Shown here piece by piece: positions 18,861 to 29,360 of a DNA stretch of 45,252 nt. The notes below the pieces were generated by a model, which was not told the DNA's origin, did not search any database, and saw nothing but the letters and a program-made list of their open reading frames with translations. The DNA comes from an uncultured Prolixibacteraceae bacterium. Its GTDB lineage: Bacteria > Bacteroidota > Bacteroidia > Bacteroidales > Prolixibacteraceae. The stretch lies in contig CAYGIQ010000002.1 of NCBI GenBank assembly GCA_964349885.1, forward strand, positions 1-45,252, given 5' to 3'. Made by a program: the position numbers and the translations under genes. How positions within the stretch are numbered: the stretch's first letter is position 1; every line of letters begins with the position of its first letter.

Positions 18861-21851
18861 ATGCAACGCGACCCTTTCAACCAACTCCACTCAAAAAGGC
18901 GCTTTCAGTTTGCTTTACTGATGGTATTGGGCACACTTTTATCTCTTCACGGCCATACCCAATCGCCGCAACGCGACGGTAAACTGCTGCGGGGCGAATC
19001 GTGGGAAAAATTTGGCTACCCCAAATCGGCCGACTTTTATGTCTCACCCCACGGTAACGACAATTGGTCGGGAACCCTATCTGAGCCCAATGCTGCCGGC
19101 AGCGATGGTCCTTTCGCCACCGTTGAGAGGGCTCAAAAAGCAGTAAGGGAACTTAAAAACAAGGTCTATTTTCCAAAAGATCCGCCGGTCGAGACCCGCT
19201 GGATAGGCTCATCTCACCCTTTGGGCAGAGGAAAAGACATTTTGGTGTACTTGCGCGAAGGAACGTTCCCGCTGAAGCAACCACTGGTATTTCAGCCCGA
19301 AGATGCAGGAGAGCGTGTCGAAACCAACCTTCCTACCGGCGCATTTGAATACCATAAGCTACGCGACCACTATGTTACCTATGCCAACTATCCAGGCGAA
19401 AGGGTGGTAATTTCGGGCGGGAATCCTGTTGCCAACTGGAAACAGAACGGATCGGTATGGACAGCTTCGTTTGCTGAACCTGAAGCAGAGATGCTGCTGC
19501 TACAAGGCAAAAGGCAAACCCTCGCCCGCACCCCCAATACGGGTTACTTTGTTCCACCTGCAATCTCTAAATCGACGCAAACCTTGTATTTTAACCCCAA
19601 CGAGATCAAACAATGGGCGTCAATGGATGACAACCGAATCATCATGCTACTCCGTTGGCATCGGGGCGTGAATTCCATTACAGCAGTAGACGAAGGCGCC
19701 GGAATGGTCACTCTGGCTAAGGACCAGCCCGGTATCGTTGAGGTACCTCCCCGTTATTATGTAGAGAATGTCAAAGCATTGCTGGATGCACCTGGTGAAT
19801 GGTACTTCGATAGAAAGCGCAGCGAAATAAGCTACATAGCGCCCGAAGGGGTGCACCCCAACCATGCGTACGCATCGGTTCCCAAACTTAGCAACCTAAT
19901 AACGATTGCCGGCAGCAGGGAGCGACCTGTTCGAAACCTCCGCATCTATGGAATTACCTTCGAAGGAGCAACCGATGGGGGCAGCATCATCGATGTCAAA
20001 TATGCCCATGCCTTGGAGCTATCGGGAAATATACTTCAGTCAGGAAGCGGTAAAGGTATAACTGTAAATGAGGGAAGCTATCAGACCAGGATCGTGGAAA
20101 ACCAGTTCCACACCATCGATGACAATGCCATCCACATCAAAGGACCCGACAATCCCCTCGATGGCCGCGACATTACGCGGGAGACTCTGGTTTCCCGCAA
20201 TGAACTCTACGATTGCGGAAGCACCAACATCTATGCCAGTCATTCGCTCATGACCACCATCTCCAGAAATTACATCACCAAAACACGCGGCCGTTATAGC
20301 ATTGATGTGGGTGGGTGGGCCAATCAGGAAGAAGCCATCGATGGTGGATACCTTGTCGAATACAACCACCTCGACGATGTGCAGCAGGATGCCGATGATT
20401 CCGGTGCCATTAAAACCGCCGGTCTAAGCTTTAACTCAACAGTTCGCCGTAATCTGGTCCACGACGTACGGGCAGGGTTTTTCAACGATAATGTAGGTTT
20501 CTGGTTCGATAATATGTCGTCGGGGTGGACAACCGAAGAAAACATCTACTACAACCTCGAACAAGGTGAAATGAAGCTTTGCGCAGCCTATATAGAAGAC
20601 AACCTTTACGAAAACAATTTCGTGATTGAAGCACCTGCGGTAAAACCTGAGAAGATCATAGAGGGAGATCCGGTTTTCGAAATGACGAACATGCGCATTC
20701 AAGGAGGAGGGAGAACCGCCACAGAAGCCTTTGAGGCTGGAAGTTCTCTTCTGATTTCGGCCGAAGTTTTCAATACAGGATCCACTGGAATTGCACCGGT
20801 ACATTTTTACCTTAACGGAAAGATCTATGCATCAAAACCCTTCCCTGTAGTCAGCAACAACCGAAGAACTGTAGAATTTGAGATTCGTTTGTACGATGCT
20901 GGGGAGCATCAGGTGGCCATTGGAACAACCCCTTACCAAACGCTGAGGGTTGAAGGGGATAAACCAGATGTGGTGGTGGAATCTTTGCAGCTAACGGCCC
21001 ACCGGAAACTGGCCGGAGAAAAGAGCATTGTAAGGGCAATAGCCAAAAACCTAACCGCCATTCCGCAAAGTGTGCCGATATCGGTTTACCTGAACGGACA
21101 AGCGATTGACCGCCAGCAGGTAGTTCTGGAGCCCAATGGCTCAGCTCCTGTTAAGTTCGAGGTGGCAGCACCCGCCGGATCACATCTGCTCAGAATTGGC
21201 AACAGTCAGAGCGCCAGCCTGCAGGTATTTGAATCCGAAACCCTTAACATTGCAACCGCCGAAATTCATGAATATTGTTCCGCAAAGGCAAAACCCTATG
21301 AAATTGAAGTAGACGCCAATGCCAATCGGGTTAAGATTGTAGCCGCTGGATCCGATTTTTTTCATGCCGAAGACTCCTATGCGGCGGCATACCTAAAGGG
21401 CATTAAGGGAGACTTTGTGGCGACGGTTACCATCAGCAATTTTGGCGAGCGGACCCACGAATGGTTCAGGGCCGGGCTTTTTGTACGCAACAATATGTCG
21501 GAAAGCTTTGATGTACAGCCGGGCAGCAAAGGCTCGGTGCTGCTGTTTGGAACACCCGGACGGGCGGGCATCGAATACGATGAGTTTGGAAACGGCTGTA
21601 TGCACAAAGCCAGCAGTCAAAACCTACCGGAAAACTCCACTACTCCAATCTATCTGAAAATGGTCCGTCATGGAAACAGCTTCAGCGGATTCATTAGCCT
21701 CGATGGCGAAAACTGGATCATTGAACGCTATACGCCCGATATTCCCGGAATTGCCGAGGCCATCGACCTTGGATTGGCTGCCGGAGCGCCCGATCGGAAA
21801 CCCTACTGGGTTGAATTTTCCAACTGGAAAATTCAAGTGGCAAAGCCTTGA
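18861..21851 (+). CDS. Exported right-handed parallel beta-helix protein (GH141-like) with Ig-like/CARDB repeats and a C-terminal ConA-like domain
   Basis: 996 aa; FYVSPHGNDNWSG...DGPFAT, LARTPN, LLDAPGEWYFD, DDSGAI, GFWFDN; two Ig-like repeats (V.NTG...FYLNG; AKNLT...VYLNG); C-terminal GDFVATV...RAGLFVRN...RHGNSFSGFISLDG. Confidence 0.7.
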   Translation: MQRDPFNQLHSKRRFQFALLMVLGTLLSLHGHTQSPQRDGKLLRGESWEKFGYPKSADFYVSPHGNDNWSGTLSEPNAAGSDGPFATVERAQKAVRELKNKVYFPKDPPVETRWIGSSHPLGRGKDILVYLREGTFPLKQPLVFQPEDAGERVETNLPTGAFEYHKLRDHYVTYANYPGERVVISGGNPVANWKQNGSVWTASFAEPEAEMLLLQGKRQTLARTPNTGYFVPPAISKSTQTLYFNPNEIKQWASMDDNRIIMLLRWHRGVNSITAVDEGAGMVTLAKDQPGIVEVPPRYYVENVKALLDAPGEWYFDRKRSEISYIAPEGVHPNHAYASVPKLSNLITIAGSRERPVRNLRIYGITFEGATDGGSIIDVKYAHALELSGNILQSGSGKGITVNEGSYQTRIVENQFHTIDDNAIHIKGPDNPLDGRDITRETLVSRNELYDCGSTNIYASHSLMTTISRNYITKTRGRYSIDVGGWANQEEAIDGGYLVEYNHLDDVQQDADDSGAIKTAGLSFNSTVRRNLVHDVRAGFFNDNVGFWFDNMSSGWTTEENIYYNLEQGEMKLCAAYIEDNLYENNFVIEAPAVKPEKIIEGDPVFEMTNMRIQGGGRTATEAFEAGSSLLISAEVFNTGSTGIAPVHFYLNGKIYASKPFPVVSNNRRTVEFEIRLYDAGEHQVAIGTTPYQTLRVEGDKPDVVVESLQLTAHRKLAGEKSIVRAIAKNLTAIPQSVPISVYLNGQAIDRQQVVLEPNGSAPVKFEVAAPAGSHLLRIGNSQSASLQVFESETLNIATAEIHEYCSAKAKPYEIEVDANANRVKIVAAGSDFFHAEDSYAAAYLKGIKGDFVATVTISNFGERTHEWFRAGLFVRNNMSESFDVQPGSKGSVLLFGTPGRAGIEYDEFGNGCMHKASSQNLPENSTTPIYLKMVRHGNSFSGFISLDGENWIIERYTPDIPGIAEAIDLGLAAGAPDRKPYWVEFSNWKIQVAKP

Positions 21852-21914
21852 GATGAGTAGATGATATTGAAAATGTTCCGTTACTACTGTATAAACCTGT
21901 TAAATTAGGATAGA

Positions 21915-24240
21915 ATGCTCAGAAATATCGTATTTGCCATGTTGCTGATGTCGCTTTCGCTGACACTGACGGCACAGAAACTCAACCTGACCAGATCGGT
22001 GCTCGTGGTTTCAGAGAATATTGATCAGCCCGTTCGCGATGCCTTGATCGAAACCCTTACCGAGGAGGTTGCCAAACGCACCTCCGTGCAGCTGCCTTTG
22101 CAGAAACGGATGGGCGCTACCACCATTGTTTTGGCCTCGATACGTGATGTAGAAATCGATGGCATCAGGGTACCCCTGCGCGATGACAAACAACTACCGG
22201 AGTACCAGCCCGAAGGCTACAGGATTGTTGCCGAAACCACTACTTCGGGAACCAGACTCTGGCTCATCGGAGCCGACAACCGTGGTATTCTATATGCCAT
22301 GGGGCATTTTTTACGCAATGCCAGACTCACTCGAAGAAACATTGAATTTACCCTCACTGAAGAATTGGCTACTGCACCCCAATATCCCCTCCGCGGCCAT
22401 CAGCTGGGATACCGCAATACAGCCAACTCATGGGATGCATGGACGGTGGAACAGTTCGATCAGTACATTAGGGAACTGGCCCTTTTCGGTGCCAACAGCG
22501 TTGAAAACATTCCATTCCAGGATGGAGCTCCAGGCCCCCTGATGAAATACGACCGCGACTTCATGAATGTAAAGATGAGCGAAATTTGCGACCGATACGA
22601 TCAGGATTATTGGGTATGGACACCCGCAACTTCCGACCTCGGGGACAGTGATTATGTTGCTGAGCAACTCGCCCGGCACAAAGCGCTGTATGAGAGTTGT
22701 CCGCGGCTCGATGGAATTTTTTTTCCGGGTGGAGACCCCGGGCACAACCACCCCAATCTGGTGATGCCCTTTCTGAAACAGGTGGCAGAATTGCTGTCAC
22801 AATACCACCCCAAAGCTGGGGTATGGATCTCTCTTCAGGGCTTCAGTGCGGAGCAAATCGACTACTTCTTTCAATACCTCGACGAGCACCAACCCGAATG
22901 GCTGGCGGGTGTGGTATCGGGTCCCTCAAGTCCCGATATGGCACAAATGCGTTTCCGCCTGCCTTCAAAATATATGCACCGCCATTATGCCGACATAACC
23001 CACACCATAAGGTGTCAATACCCAACCCAAGATTGGGATCAGGCATATGCCCTTACCCAAGGTCGGGAAGTTACCAATCCTCAACCGTTTTATTATGCGG
23101 CCATTCATAACCGATATGCCCCTTTTACCGATGGGTTCTTAACCTACTCCGACGGGGTGCACGACGACATCAACAAGGTTGTTTGGAACCTTGTTGGGTG
23201 GGATAGCAACAAAGACGTTTTTGAAATCCTTACCGAATATGCACGGTTCTTTTTTGGTACAGAAGTGGCTGATGCGGCTGCCAATGGCATTCTCGCACTT
23301 GAACGCAACTGGGCCGGGCCCATCGAGGCCAATGGAGGCATCGAAGCCACCTTGGCTTTTTGGCAGAATTTGGAATCGAAGCACCCCGAACTCAGACAGA
23401 ACTGGCGCTGGCAGTTTCTGGTGATGCGGGCATACTACGATACCTATAACCGCAGAAGGAAGATTTATGAGCAGAACCTCGAAAAAGAGGCCAATCAAAT
23501 CTTGGCAAAGGCAAGGGTGAATGGTGTCGATCGTACGCTCGCCGAAGCGCTTGCCCATATAAACAAGGCCGATGAAAACAGAATTTCGCCAGAACTACGC
23601 GAAAAAGTAGTTGCATACTGCGAGGCATTATTCCAATCGGTAGGTTTGCAAACCAGTGTCGATAAGTACCACGCAAGCGGTGCCGAAAGGGGCGCAATCC
23701 TCGACTTTTTGGACTACCCGCTTAACAACCGCTGGTGGCTGGCCGACGAGTTCGACAAGATTCGAAAAATGGAATCAGAAGAGGCACAACTTGAAAGAAT
23801 AGAGGTTATACGAACTTGGGATCAGCCGGGATTGGGAAGTTTCTACGACAACATTTCCGATATCAGCAAAGGACCACGGGTACAAACCAGTAAATACGAT
23901 GCCACCGATGTAGCATGGTGGAACAATGGTATGAGCCGGGCCCCGTCTATCGACTCAGCTATTTCAAAATTTTCCTCGCATCGAATACGAGGACCTCGAT
24001 CCCAATGCCCGTTATCTGATCCGCATCGCTGGGTATGGTGAGGCTTTGCTGAGGGTCGATGGGGTTCGCTTGTCGCCAGTTAAATACGACAAAGAGCTCG
24101 AAGGCTTTAAGGAATTTATTGTACCTCAAAGATTTATAAGCGACGGATCGCTGGTGGTAACTTTCGATGAACCGGAGGAGTCGCACCTCAACTGGCGTCA
24201 ACATTCTAAGGTAAGCGACATCTGGCTAATCAAACGGTAA
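21915..24240 (+). CDS. Exported putative glycoside hydrolase (GH20/GH67-type N-terminal domain plus barrel), frameshifted at about 23941
   Basis: Signal peptide; PEGYRI...LIGADNRGILYAMGHFLR domain; removing one C from CCCC at 23941-23944 joins ORF 21915..24041 to ORF 24046..24240 into one 774-aa protein. Confidence 0.7.
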
Positions 24241-24248
24241 GCTTTTCG

Positions 24249-25217
24249 ATGGGTCAAAAAACACTCTATCCGCTGCACGGAATAGTTACGGTTCTCAATA
24301 CGCCTTTCAACAAAGAAGGCGCAATTGATCTTACTGCCCTACAACGGCATGCTGAATTGGCCCTCAAAGCGGGCGTTGGCGGGTTTCTGGTGCCCGGCAT
24401 GGCCGCTGAAGCCGACCGGCTTACGCATGCTGAAAAGCTAAAGATGGTCGACACCGTAATGAAAGTAGCCGGAGGCCAAGTGCCTGTAATTGCCGGAACG
24501 ATGGGAGGTAATCCAGATGAAGCCAAAAAGTTGATAAAGGACTATCTCATCATGGGTTGCAAAAATGTTCTCGTCAACCTCCCCTACACCAATCGCGAAA
24601 CCTATTTGGCACAAGTTGAAGAATTGGCAGGGGCAGGCCCCGAAATGATAATGCTCCAAGATTGGGACAGTCAGGGTTACGGCCTGCCCGACGAGTTGAT
24701 CGTGGAACTTTTTCAAACCGTAGAGGCTTTTCGTTGTCTGAAAATTGAGACGGTTCCTGCCGGTTTCAAATATTCGAAAATACTTGAGCTTACCAACCAC
24801 AAACTCAATATCAGCGGTGGGTGGGCAGTAACACAAATGACCGAAGGTTTGCAAAGAGGGGTGCACGCTTTTATGCCTACTGCTATGCACTCTATCTATG
24901 TTGCGATCTACCAATTGTGGAATTCTGGTAACAAGAGCGAGGCAGAGGAACTCTTTCTCAGGATTCTTCCGGTTATCGCATTTTCAAACCAGCATCTTGA
25001 TGTATCGATTAGGTTCTTCAAGCGACTTTTGTGGAGACAAGGTATTTACCCCACACCAGATGTTAGAGGAGTACGCATCCCTTTTGATGCCATTCATATT
25101 GCCATCGCCGACCGGCAGATCGACAGGGTACTGCAACTGGAAGAACAACTCAGGGCAATGGAGCCATCTCGAAACGCAACTCTCCCCCCGAAGCAAGCTG
25201 GTGGTGCCTTACTTTAG
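24249..25217 (+). CDS. DHDPS-family lyase of the 2-keto-3-deoxy-sugar-acid dehydratase-like subgroup
   Basis: GIVTVLNTPF, PGMAAE (for GTTGE), IMLQD (for LYN), CLKIE, the pattern seen in L-2-keto-3-deoxyarabonate dehydratase-like proteins. Confidence 0.75.
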   Translation: MGQKTLYPLHGIVTVLNTPFNKEGAIDLTALQRHAELALKAGVGGFLVPGMAAEADRLTHAEKLKMVDTVMKVAGGQVPVIAGTMGGNPDEAKKLIKDYLIMGCKNVLVNLPYTNRETYLAQVEELAGAGPEMIMLQDWDSQGYGLPDELIVELFQTVEAFRCLKIETVPAGFKYSKILELTNHKLNISGGWAVTQMTEGLQRGVHAFMPTAMHSIYVAIYQLWNSGNKSEAEELFLRILPVIAFSNQHLDVSIRFFKRLLWRQGIYPTPDVRGVRIPFDAIHIAIADRQIDRVLQLEEQLRAMEPSRNATLPPKQAGGALL

Positions 25218-27483
25218 GATCTTTGAGCAATTCTCCATTGAGCCAAATTTTGGAAACATATAGATGGTTCGGTGCATGGTTCTCGGCAACTATGGTTAAA
25301 CTCTGGTCACCCACCATTACCTCCGACCGTTTAAAGAGCGGTGCCGATAAATGATAGATGTCGGTTCCAGCCAGAGGATAAATGCCCAGCGAAGCAAAAA
25401 CATACCAACTCGAAAGGGTGGCACCATCATCGTTACCATCAAGCCCGTCGGAGGCAATCGCATATTTATTGTCGAGTATCCAGCGGGTCCATTTCTGAGT
25501 AAGATCGGGTCGGCCGGCATCGTTAAACAGGAAGGCTGCATGGATATCGGGTTCATTGCCATGCCAATAATAGGATCCGGGAGTATATCTGGCCCTTCCG
25601 GGGTGCGACAAGACAAAAAACTGCTCCAGCTCCCGTACAAAAACTTCCCTTCCACCCATCAATTCTATAAGACCCTCCGGATCAAAAGGTACAGCATACC
25701 TCCACTGCAGGGCGCTTCCCTCCACATAATCGTCGGTATATTTCCGTTTCGTGTCGAGATAGGTAAGTTTTAACGGTTTAAAAGCCTCCTGAAAATTACC
25801 TTCAGCATCGCGTGGATGAAAGTACCTGCTTTCCGGATTCCAGGTATTTTTGTACCAGCGCGAACGCTCATAAAAATGGTGGGCCTCCTCGGCAAGACCC
25901 AGCGAGTCGGCAAGCACAGCGATGGCATAATCGGCCCATGCGTATTCCAAGGTACGCGACACCGATTGCGACATTTTGTCCGATGGGCAATAGGCACACG
26001 CCAGGCAATGCTCAATTCCCCGTCGTCCGGAGTACGATGCCCCGGCAGGTGTGGGTCCGTTTGCCACTTCTTTCATTCCTTCGAGGGCATTCCATACATC
26101 GAAGTCGCGGATGTTTTTGTGCCAGGTCTCTGCGATAACCATATCGGCTGGAGACCCCAGCATAGAGTTAGAGTAACCGTTGCCCGATGGCCACCGGGGC
26201 AACCATCCGCCGTGATCTTTCATTTTGAGGAGCGAAACCACCATGTCTCGCTGTTCCCGCGGTGCAATTAAAGTATAGAGGGGATGCAGTGTGCGGAAAG
26301 TATCCCATAACGAAAGATCGGTATAGTAGTTATAGCCTTCTGCTTTGTGAACCTGCTTGTCGAAACCGAAATAGTCGCCATTCACATCCTGAAAGAGGGT
26401 TGGCATCTGAAAGGAGCGGTAAAGAGCTGTATAAAAAATAACCTGATCCTCCGAACTGCTGGTTTCAATTTCGACCAGCGAAAGTTTATCTTCCCATGCC
26501 TGAATTGCTGATGCAACAATCTCCTCAAAAGAGAGATTACCTGTCTCTTCGAGAAGGTTTTCGCGTGCATTTTCGCGGCTTACATGCGAAATACCCAACC
26601 GCAAAACAACCGGGCCTGATTTAGGGTTAAATTGGAAACTAACCCCCAATTGCTCACCAGAAGCCATTCCATCTTCGGTAGAAAGCTGTTCGTGACTGCT
26701 CCATACCTTGGCCTCAGAATAGGGTTGGTCGAAGGTGGCATAAAAATAGACCTTAATACCACCAAACCGCCCAGAAAAAGAGCCATGGGTACGTACTTCA
26801 CCCGACAGTGATCTCTTGTCTGACAGCAACGCTACTGCTGCCTCTTCAACCTTGCGTTCGCCTAAAACACTGCTGATATCCAGCAAAATTGTGGGGTTCA
26901 CTTCGTCGTCGAACGAATACCGGTGTACCCCTGTTCGGGCAGTGGCAGTAAGCTCTGCCTCCACCCCCAGATGATCCAAATAGACCCTGTAATAACCCGG
27001 AAAAGCCATCTCGTCGCTGTGTTTGTAGCGGAGATACTCCCCCATAAGGTATTGATGCCATCCGGATTCGCCCGACGCTGGAATTACCCTGAAATGACCA
27101 CCATCGGTAGCACCTGTGCCAGACAGCCGGGTATGGCTAAATCCCATAATGTGGTTGTCGGGATAGTAGTATCCCGAAGTATTAAGTGCCTTTTTTCTGA
27201 AAACGGAAGACCAGGTGTCTGGACTTAGCCTGACCACACTGAACGGGACTGAGGCTCCAGGGAAGTTGTGGGCACATACCCAGTAATATCCTCCTGTGCC
27301 AATGAACGGGTTGACATACTTCCCTAGTCGGCCTGCTTCAAAAGGCGTGGCTGCATTGCCAAATGGTTGCTGGTTCCGATAGTGAAAATAAACCACAACG
27401 GTTGATGGAATAAGGACAGCCAGCAAAATGATCAGAACGACACTTCCGACTATCCACCTAAAAAACATTTTTCTTCGTACCAT
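25150..27483 (-). CDS. GH92 alpha-mannosidase-family protein with N-terminal membrane anchor
   Basis: 777 aa; YVNPFIGTG, GFSHTRLSGTG, SLWDTFRTLHPL, SRTLEYA, YVEG, HGNEP, GNDDGATLSSWY. Confidence 0.93.
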   Translation of the reverse strand: MVRRKMFFRWIVGSVVLIILLAVLIPSTVVVYFHYRNQQPFGNAATPFEAGRLGKYVNPFIGTGGYYWVCAHNFPGASVPFSVVRLSPDTWSSVFRKKALNTSGYYYPDNHIMGFSHTRLSGTGATDGGHFRVIPASGESGWHQYLMGEYLRYKHSDEMAFPGYYRVYLDHLGVEAELTATARTGVHRYSFDDEVNPTILLDISSVLGERKVEEAAVALLSDKRSLSGEVRTHGSFSGRFGGIKVYFYATFDQPYSEAKVWSSHEQLSTEDGMASGEQLGVSFQFNPKSGPVVLRLGISHVSRENARENLLEETGNLSFEEIVASAIQAWEDKLSLVEIETSSSEDQVIFYTALYRSFQMPTLFQDVNGDYFGFDKQVHKAEGYNYYTDLSLWDTFRTLHPLYTLIAPREQRDMVVSLLKMKDHGGWLPRWPSGNGYSNSMLGSPADMVIAETWHKNIRDFDVWNALEGMKEVANGPTPAGASYSGRRGIEHCLACAYCPSDKMSQSVSRTLEYAWADYAIAVLADSLGLAEEAHHFYERSRWYKNTWNPESRYFHPRDAEGNFQEAFKPLKLTYLDTKRKYTDDYVEGSALQWRYAVPFDPEGLIELMGGREVFVRELEQFFVLSHPGRARYTPGSYYWHGNEPDIHAAFLFNDAGRPDLTQKWTRWILDNKYAIASDGLDGNDDGATLSSWYVFASLGIYPLAGTDIYHLSAPLFKRSEVMVGDQSLTIVAENHAPNHLYVSKIWLNGELLKDPKVRHHQLASGGELRFEMAPLP

Positions 27484-27494
27484 TGGCCAGAGGT

Positions 27495-29270
27495 TCAGTG
27501 TTGAATTACGAGTAAGCCATCACTGGCCTTACGAAGATAAACCATCAATTTTTGATGCTCGCTGTCGTATATAAAATCATCCGAATCGATGGGTTGATGA
27601 TTGAAATGCAGTGAAGCTGGAGCCTCTTGCAGATGAATCCTAAGAAGGTAGGGCTTGTAGGTCCCCTTAAGCGACAACTCAATCATGGCATCGCGGTTGG
27701 TCATTGTTATAGTGCTGCTACCGGTTAAATCGGGATGGTGCACAGTAAATTGATTGTCGGCACCCGGAAAGATAAGCCAGGTAAGGAAATCTTTGTCGAG
27801 TTCACTCCCAATGCCAGTATAACTGCGTTCAATCTGCATGGGCACGATGGCCCCTTCGCGAACAAATACCGGATACTCGTCCATCGGGAAGGAGCGCTCC
27901 ACGGTTGATTTTCCCTCCAGCACGATGCTGTTATCGAAGAAATAGTGCCATCTTCCGGGGGGGAGGGTTACCCGATTGATCAATGCATCCTGGTAGATGG
28001 GGGCAATTAAAAAATCATCGCCAAATAGGTAGTGGTATTTACCCTTGATGGGTCTTTGCAAAAGGGTGCCTCCTTCATGACCCGTTACCACATAGCTATA
28101 CATGTAAGGAATAAGCTCGGTATGCAGCCATGAGAATTTCCGGATAATAGTGAGTTCCTCTTCACTGCGCTCCCACAGAGCCCTGTTTCCGTGTCCGCCA
28201 TTCAGGAAAAGACCACAAAAAGTGGAGAATTGAGCCCACCTGATGTAGAGTCTGGGTGGAATTGTCCCTCCCGAAAATCCGGCAATATCAGATCCAATAA
28301 TGTTGTAACCCCGCTCTGCACTCTTTAGTATATTCTCGATGGCCGATTCGATGCCCCCAATTCCTTTGATGGCAATATCGACCATTTTCCCATCATCCCC
28401 CACCACCGTTTCGGTCGATGACCATGTGTGTTTCTGGTCGCCAACCCAGGTAACCGGTGCAGCATCGATGGGGGCAAATCCCTCGGGGTGAGGCCAGCGG
28501 TCTATGGCTCTCGACAAGGTTACAAATTCGGGGTTTTGAGTTAGTCCATGGTGGTATTCATCGCGGTAATAGTGATCCATATACCGGCGGGTGGTCATCC
28601 AACCAGAATGTGCTTTGTTGTATAAGAGCGGAAATTTTCCGATGGGCCGGTGCATAAGTGTGGCAGTACCATCCAGTTTCCAGCCATCGATGCCATAATC
28701 GAAAACCCGCTGCTGCAGACCTCGCCACCACTCCATCGCCTCGGGATTGGTGTAATCGATAAATCCACCCCGACCTTTCCACCACTTGACGCTGGTTCCA
28801 CCCCCGAGAAGAAAACCTCTCTCGCTGGCCGCTTGGAACCAGTCGGACGATTCTCTTATTCGCGTGTCTTTGCTGAATTCATTGACCATGGTAGTCATCC
28901 ACAGAACAACGCGATAGCCCTTTGATTTCAAGTCGCCAAACCAAACTTCAGGCTCAGGATAACGCATGGTATCCACTTCGAAGTCGTTGTAACGTAAACT
29001 CCACGGACTATCCAACAAAATGGTACGAACCGGTATGTCGTGGCGGGCATATCCTGCTAGAAGGGAGTCGACATATTCGGCCGTGTTTACATCGTCCTCC
29101 CACAACCAGCACTCCAATGCCCAAGGTGGTGTAAGGGGAGGATTGCCATGTCGCTGGGCATTAAAAAATTGCCCGCGCAATGGGTAGGCAAATGCAAAAT
29201 AGTAAAACAAGGCCAATACTATGGCTACCCCGGTGGCAATGCGAATCCAGTTTGTTGATTTTTTTGACAT
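27495..29270 (-). CDS. GH31 glycoside hydrolase
   Basis: 591 aa; ILLDSPW, FIDYTNPEA, GWKLDG (nucleophile region), WVGDQ (acid/base region), GSDIAGF, LYIRWAQF, YLFGDDFLIAPI. Confidence 0.9.
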   Translation of the reverse strand: MSKKSTNWIRIATGVAIVLALFYYFAFAYPLRGQFFNAQRHGNPPLTPPWALECWLWEDDVNTAEYVDSLLAGYARHDIPVRTILLDSPWSLRYNDFEVDTMRYPEPEVWFGDLKSKGYRVVLWMTTMVNEFSKDTRIRESSDWFQAASERGFLLGGGTSVKWWKGRGGFIDYTNPEAMEWWRGLQQRVFDYGIDGWKLDGTATLMHRPIGKFPLLYNKAHSGWMTTRRYMDHYYRDEYHHGLTQNPEFVTLSRAIDRWPHPEGFAPIDAAPVTWVGDQKHTWSSTETVVGDDGKMVDIAIKGIGGIESAIENILKSAERGYNIIGSDIAGFSGGTIPPRLYIRWAQFSTFCGLFLNGGHGNRALWERSEEELTIIRKFSWLHTELIPYMYSYVVTGHEGGTLLQRPIKGKYHYLFGDDFLIAPIYQDALINRVTLPPGRWHYFFDNSIVLEGKSTVERSFPMDEYPVFVREGAIVPMQIERSYTGIGSELDKDFLTWLIFPGADNQFTVHHPDLTGSSTITMTNRDAMIELSLKGTYKPYLLRIHLQEAPASLHFNHQPIDSDDFIYDSEHQKLMVYLRKASDGLLVIQH

Positions 29271-29360
29271 ATTTCAAGGCTATTTTTATGCGGTAAATCT
29301 CGGGTGCAGTTGCTCCGAAATACCCAAAGAATCTGCACGACTATTTTCGCACTTATCCAA

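Noticed and set aside
24046..24240. Independent 64-aa small gene
   Set aside because: Better explained as the frameshifted C-terminus of the upstream gene; its frame is open back to the C run at 23941.
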